DNA of 20,000 nt from an uncultured virus (IMG/VR IMGVR_UViG_3300008954_000037). Lineage: Duplodnaviria; Heunggongvirae; Uroviricota; Caudoviricetes. Positions 16,420 through 20,000 of this stretch are shown in pieces. Under the pieces are notes generated by a model. That model saw nothing but the letters and a program-made list of their open reading frames with translations. It did not search any database and was not told the DNA's origin. The stretch is from IMG/VR virus record IMGVR_UViG_3300008954_000037. The stretch is one strand, 5' to 3'. Position numbers and translations under genes: made by a program. Position 1 is the stretch's first letter; each line of letters starts with the position of its first letter.

Positions 16420-16884
16420 ATGGAAACCACACAGGGTGCGAAGGAGCCGACCGGGCCCGTCAGCTTTGCTGAGTACGAGCGCATCGCCAGCGAATGGGAT
16501 GCGGAGGCTCACAAGGCCATCAGGCGCGTGAGGCAGGAGACGCGACCCCGCTGCCGCGCTGTCCGCGTCACCGAGATCTGCCTGATGGCGTTCACCGCCA
16601 AGGGCGACGAGGTGTTCCAGCGGATGTACTACGAGATGCCCGAAGGCGAGCAGAGCGACCCAGAATTTTGCTCGGCCATCAGCAGCGACGACCTCACCGA
16701 GTACGTCACCACCGCCATCATGGAGGGCGCTGACTACGTCGAGACCGACGCGCGGGCCGACCCGTACTGGCGCACCCCGCCAGACAACGTCGACCTCATC
16801 GGCGGCGACGACGAGGATGGCTGGTACACCCCCGGCGAGTACATCAACCCGCCCGGTCTGGTCTGGAGCGCGGAGAAGCAGTAG
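16420..16884 (+). CDS. Array gene, acidic hypothetical (154 aa)
   Basis: AAGGAGGT RBS. Confidence 0.85.
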   Translation: METTQGAKEPTGPVSFAEYERIASEWDAEAHKAIRRVRQETRPRCRAVRVTEICLMAFTAKGDEVFQRMYYEMPEGEQSDPEFCSAISSDDLTEYVTTAIMEGADYVETDARADPYWRTPPDNVDLIGGDDEDGWYTPGEYINPPGLVWSAEKQ

Positions 16885-16889
16885 ACCCT

Positions 16890-16971
16890 CTCAGGTCGTG
16901 CGGGCGGGGCTTCGGCCCCGTCGCTACGGTAACCAGTCCGTGGGGCCCCGGCTTCCGGGGTCGGCGCTGAG
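16890..16971 (+). repeat. Structured inter-gene element, copy 7
   Basis: Full consensus, 6 nt after TAG. Confidence 0.95.
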
Positions 16972-16987
16972 AGCAACGGAGAGTGTG

Positions 16988-17380
16988 ATGGGATGTTACG
17001 GACACGAGAGTACCGCCAGCTTCCGCAAGAAGGAGCATGACGGCTACAGCTACTACGACGACGAGAGCGACACGGAGTACGAGATCTGGGCCGGTTACGG
17101 GCGCCGCTGGAAACGCAAGGTCGGCACCATCAAGAAGGTCACAACCTACGACAACGACGACTACTGCGGTGACCACCCCAAAACAAACTGGGATGTGGAT
17201 CTGTGCTGCGAGGAGTTCTACCGCGACAACGGACTGCGCTTCTCGACGCTCGCCAAGGCCAAAAAGGCCGTGAAGCGAGCCCTGGACGGCGGCACGGTAT
17301 GGATCAACAACAGCACCGACCATGACTACCTGTCGTCCATCAACAGCAGGAGGGGTGAACGCATCCACTACGGCGACTGA
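16988..17380 (+). CDS. Array gene, hypothetical (130 aa)
   Basis: GGAGAG RBS before MGCYGHES. Confidence 0.8.
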   Translation: MGCYGHESTASFRKKEHDGYSYYDDESDTEYEIWAGYGRRWKRKVGTIKKVTTYDNDDYCGDHPKTNWDVDLCCEEFYRDNGLRFSTLAKAKKAVKRALDGGTVWINNSTDHDYLSSINSRRGERIHYGD

Positions 17381-17385
17381 CACCA

Positions 17386-17465
17386 CTCAGGTCGTGCGGG
17401 CGGGCTTCGGCCCGCCGCCACGGTAACCAGTCCGTGGGGCCCCGGCTTCCGGGGTCGGCGCTGAG
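17386..17465 (+). repeat. Structured inter-gene element, copy 8
   Basis: Full consensus, 6 nt after TGA. Confidence 0.95.
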
Positions 17466-17479
17466 AACAGGAGGACGAG

Positions 17480-17986
17480 ATGAGCTACCTGCCAGACCAC
17501 TACCGGGCAATCAACCGCGAGTCGGGACACGCCTACAACTGCGCCTGGGGCGGGGGCGCGGACTGCAACTGCGGCAAACACACCTGTCCAGACTGCGGCT
17601 TCTGCGGCGACTGCTTCTGTCACGAAATCGCGGAGGAAGCCAATCAGGCCGGCATGGCGCACGGCGTCGAGGCGGCCAACGAGGTGCGCGGTAGCGGCCC
17701 CAGCGGGCCCCCGGACTGCCCGACGTGCCTGCGGCCCAAGGAGCCGGGGCACCACGGCTGCGTGTGCGTGGACGACGACGCCTGCGAGGGTTGCGAGAAG
17801 CTGACGGGGACCGAGAAGGACTACCACGGCGAGTGGCTCTGTTCCGAGTGTCGTGAAATGGCCTTTGAAGGCTACTGCGACAGTCAGGCAGACAGCAACT
17901 ACCGCGACTACGATGACTCCCCCAGGCCACGCGGAGGCGCGGACCTGTGGTGGGACAAGGAGTCGGGCGAGCCGCGCTGCGGCTGA
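17480..17986 (+). CDS. Array gene, Cys-rich multi-zinc-binding hypothetical (168 aa)
   Basis: AGGAGG RBS; CPDC, CGDC, CPTC, CEGC, CSEC and other Cys motifs. Confidence 0.8.
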   Translation: MSYLPDHYRAINRESGHAYNCAWGGGADCNCGKHTCPDCGFCGDCFCHEIAEEANQAGMAHGVEAANEVRGSGPSGPPDCPTCLRPKEPGHHGCVCVDDDACEGCEKLTGTEKDYHGEWLCSECREMAFEGYCDSQADSNYRDYDDSPRPRGGADLWWDKESGEPRCG

Positions 17987-17993
17987 GATCGAT

Positions 17994-18089
17994 GGCGCAG
18001 ACCTCTACGGGGTGAGGCCCGGACGTGACCGAGGCGGCTCCTCCTCACAGGACCGTCCCGGTCGGGGGTTCAAATCCCCCCTGCGCCCA
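17994..18089 (+). ncRNA. tRNA-like element with abnormal anticodon arm
   Basis: Acceptor GGCGCAG/CTGCGCC, T arm GGGGG-TTCAAAT-CCCCC, D-like CCTC/GAGG stem; followed by T6. Confidence 0.55.
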
Positions 18090-18113
18090 CTTTTTTCGCA
18101 ACTCAGATTTCAA

Positions 18114-18198
18114 GTCAGGTCGTGCAGGCTGCCCCTCGGGGTGGCCCCCACGGTATCGAGTCCGTGGCACCCGACAATTCAGCCGGGTGGGCGCTGGC
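18114..18198 (+). repeat. Structured inter-gene element, copy 9 (divergent)
   Basis: GTCAG...CTGGC closing stem; loop TATCGAGT. Confidence 0.93.
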
Positions 18199-18213
18199 AC
18201 AAGGAGAACAGAG

Positions 18214-18627
18214 ATGGAGAACACTTATCACACCCGCGATTGGACGGGCCCGGTCACAGCATCCAGGCCCCGGCTGGATTTCGGCTACGACGTGGCCGTA
18301 CCCAACGGCGTCAAGGCTGCCTGGGGTGCGCGGGCCATCTTCAAGATGCCCACCTACCCCCACAAGGCGTTCATGGACCTGCTCCCTGACCGTCAGGGTG
18401 TCTGCTGGCTCGACGGGCACAAAGACTCCGTGACGACCCTCACGGAGTTGCTCAACGGGGGCGTCCTGGCCGCCGCGCAGGAGCGGTTCGACGCCCTGGT
18501 CCAGTTGGGCGAGGTCCACACCCGCGAACCCCACGCGGTTGTGGTCTACGAGGACGACGACATCAAGATGGTGGGCAACAGCAACGGCAGCCACGGTTAC
18601 TTCTACGTCGCCGCGTGGCTCAAGTAG
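18214..18627 (+). CDS. Array gene, hypothetical (137 aa)
   Basis: AAGGAG RBS; ends NSNGSHGYFYVAAWLK. Confidence 0.85.
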   Translation: MENTYHTRDWTGPVTASRPRLDFGYDVAVPNGVKAAWGARAIFKMPTYPHKAFMDLLPDRQGVCWLDGHKDSVTTLTELLNGGVLAAAQERFDALVQLGEVHTREPHAVVVYEDDDIKMVGNSNGSHGYFYVAAWLK

Positions 18628-18632
18628 ACCTT

Positions 18633-18714
18633 CTCAGGTCGTGCGGGTGGTCCTTCGGGGCCGCCGCCACCGTAACCAGTCGGTGGGGCCCTGGTTTCCA
18701 GGGTCGGCGCTGAG
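18633..18714 (+). repeat. Structured inter-gene element, copy 10
   Basis: CCACCG/CGGTGG and GGCCCTGG/CCAGGGTC compensatory variants. Confidence 0.95.
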
Positions 18715-18731
18715 AACAGAGGAGGTGAGAA

Positions 18732-19106
18732 GTGCGAGAACAACCCTTCACACAGGTCTGCGTATGGCCCGGCACTCTGATGGGTGTAGCCACGCCGCTA
18801 CAATTTGAGGTCTTCATCAAAGAGGAGTTGGGCGCTCGGGTCGAGTTTCTGGAGGTCATCATGACCAATCCAGATCTCGACGACGACGGCAACCCGGTCC
18901 CCGAGACCGGCGATCGGAGCGACATCTTCTTCGCGGTCCACAGCGAAGACCTCGCCGGATTCGCGGTGCCTCGGCTGGCCTACGGCATCCGCTGGTTTGA
19001 GGACGTTGTGGGCACCCACAACAGCAACGGCACGCTCTCCCTGTACCCATCCCGCGTGATGGACTACTGGACGTGGGATGACGAGTTGAAGCCCAGGGCC
19101 GCGTAG
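18732..19106 (+). CDS. Array gene, hypothetical (124 aa)
   Basis: GAGGAGGT RBS, GTG start; FTQVCVWPGT...RLAYGIRWFEDV. Confidence 0.85.
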   Translation: MREQPFTQVCVWPGTLMGVATPLQFEVFIKEELGARVEFLEVIMTNPDLDDDGNPVPETGDRSDIFFAVHSEDLAGFAVPRLAYGIRWFEDVVGTHNSNGTLSLYPSRVMDYWTWDDELKPRAA

Positions 19107-19112
19107 CGGCCT

Positions 19113-19196
19113 CTCAGGTCGTGCGGGCGGGGCCTCAGCCCCGCTGCCACCGTCAAGTCGGTGGGGCCCCGGCATGTCGCCAGGGTCGGCGCTGAG
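19113..19196 (+). repeat. Structured inter-gene element, copy 11
   Basis: Loop variant TCAAGT; otherwise consensus. Confidence 0.95.
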
Positions 19197-19210
19197 AACA
19201 GGAGAATGAG

Positions 19211-19504
19211 ATGGGAAGCTATCACGCAAGGGTGGACGTTGAAGCGGTCGTGGAAATCCACCTCACCGGCACCGTCAACCTCGACATCGAAGTGGATGAC
19301 GAGGAGGCGGAAGGTTTGTCGAACGATGAGATCTCCGCATTGGTCCACGCCAAGGCCGTCAACGCCATGGACTGCCAGGGCGACTACGAGGTGGAGGAGC
19401 AGATGCTCTACCAGCACTGCCGAGGCGTAGACGTGCGCCAAGGGGAGTACGGCAGCATCTACATCAACAGCGTGGAGGTCGGCAGCGTCGACACGGGGGT
19501 GTGA
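19211..19504 (+). CDS. Array gene, acidic hypothetical (97 aa)
   Basis: AGGAG RBS. Confidence 0.8.
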   Translation: MGSYHARVDVEAVVEIHLTGTVNLDIEVDDEEAEGLSNDEISALVHAKAVNAMDCQGDYEVEEQMLYQHCRGVDVRQGEYGSIYINSVEVGSVDTGV

Positions 19505-19505
19505 G

Positions 19506-19742
19506 ATGGCCAAGTACCAAGTGAGCGGGAATCTGCTGGTCGAGGTCACGGCAGTCGTCGAGGCAAACGACCACAACGAGGCCCTGACAGCCGCCTCCGA
19601 CGAGGTCTCTGTTGCCGAGTACGGCGGTATGGGCAGCGGTTGGGCGGCAGGAGGTATCGAGGGCGACGGGGCCGACGCGACCTGCTACGGGGTCGAGTGG
19701 CAGCACGCCGAGTGCATCGAAGACAACGACGATGCCGAATAG
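19506..19742 (+). CDS. Acidic hypothetical (78 aa)
   Basis: Directly coupled to previous gene; MAKYQV...VEANDHNEA. Confidence 0.75.
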   Translation: MAKYQVSGNLLVEVTAVVEANDHNEALTAASDEVSVAEYGGMGSGWAAGGIEGDGADATCYGVEWQHAECIEDNDDAE

Positions 19743-19965
19743 CTACGCGGGTGAGGTGGCCACTGCACTGCTCTGGCAGCAAGGCTACATCGACCCCATA
19801 GAAGCCCCAACCGACTCCCTGGCCCATGTCATGGAGTTGGTGTCCTCAAAGGGTAGCACGCTCCGCGCCTACCAAGCGTGGGGCGTGCCGCCCGACGAGG
19901 CCGCACGCCGAATCCAGGCAGCGCGGTGGGAGGGCCAAGAGCAAATCCAAAACTCAGAATTGTAG
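19732..19965 (+). CDS. Hypothetical protein (77 aa)
   Basis: Overlaps previous stop; ends at start of element copy 12. Confidence 0.5.
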   Translation: MPNSYAGEVATALLWQQGYIDPIEAPTDSLAHVMELVSSKGSTLRAYQAWGVPPDEAARRIQAARWEGQEQIQNSEL

Positions 19966-20000
19966 GTCGTGCGGGTCGCTGAGAGGCGGCCACGACGGTA
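19962..20000 (+). repeat. Structured inter-gene element, copy 12 (cut by window end)
   Basis: GTAGGTCGTGCG GGTCGC-TGAGAG-GCGGCC A CGACGGTA... Confidence 0.85.

Noticed and set aside
17994..18089. Functional canonical tRNA
   Set aside because: No 7-nt anticodon loop and no U8/A14-type D-arm consensus; kept only as tRNA-like.
13798..19196. Elements as intrinsic terminators, sigma70 promoters or a known riboswitch (e.g. ZTP)
   Set aside because: No U tract, no -35/-10 boxes, and the conserved residues do not match riboswitch consensuses I recall.
13375..19827. Minus-strand ORFs and ORFs reading through the elements (repeating LFSAPT, YGNQSV, SALRT peptides)
   Set aside because: Shadow frames of GC-rich plus-strand genes; the repeated peptides are just translations of the repeat.
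13798..20000. Classical integron attC cassette array
   Set aside because: No RYYYAAC/GTTRRRY boxes; the fold is a branched junction rather than one long hairpin; the recombinase is distant and not IntI-like.
13798..20000. CRISPR array
   Set aside because: Repeats are ~82 nt and variable, the intervening sequences are whole genes of several hundred nt, and no cas genes are present.

Overview
This is a GC-rich window with phage or prophage-like organisation and two divergent arms. The left arm (1-10216, minus strand) is a tightly overlapping run of small genes. It includes a Cre/XerC-like tyrosine recombinase, a WbpB/WlbA-like Gfo/Idh/MocA sugar dehydrogenase, zinc-ribbon proteins and an orphan N4/N6 DNA methyltransferase. 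The centre holds a DUF932-like gene and two hairpin-dense non-coding blocks (about 12055-12490 and 13360-13790). The right arm (13798-20000, plus strand) is the most striking part: an array of unrelated, short, often acidic genes, nearly each preceded by a copy of an ~80-85 nt conserved element (12 copies; one half copy, one cut by the window edge). The element folds into a covarying four-way junction (CUCAG-GUCGUGCG-hairpin-T-loop-like hairpin-hairpin-GGCG-CUGAG). It typically starts a few nt after a stop codon and ends just before the next ribosome-binding site. Its scaffold resembles the twister-sister ribozyme as I recall it, but it lacks the cleavage loop. A separate AT-rich motif (AAWTCNAAACTCAGAWTT) recurs about 9 times, co-oriented with transcription on both arms. 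A tRNA-like element lies inside the array. All calls are by eye from the sequence; no searches were run.
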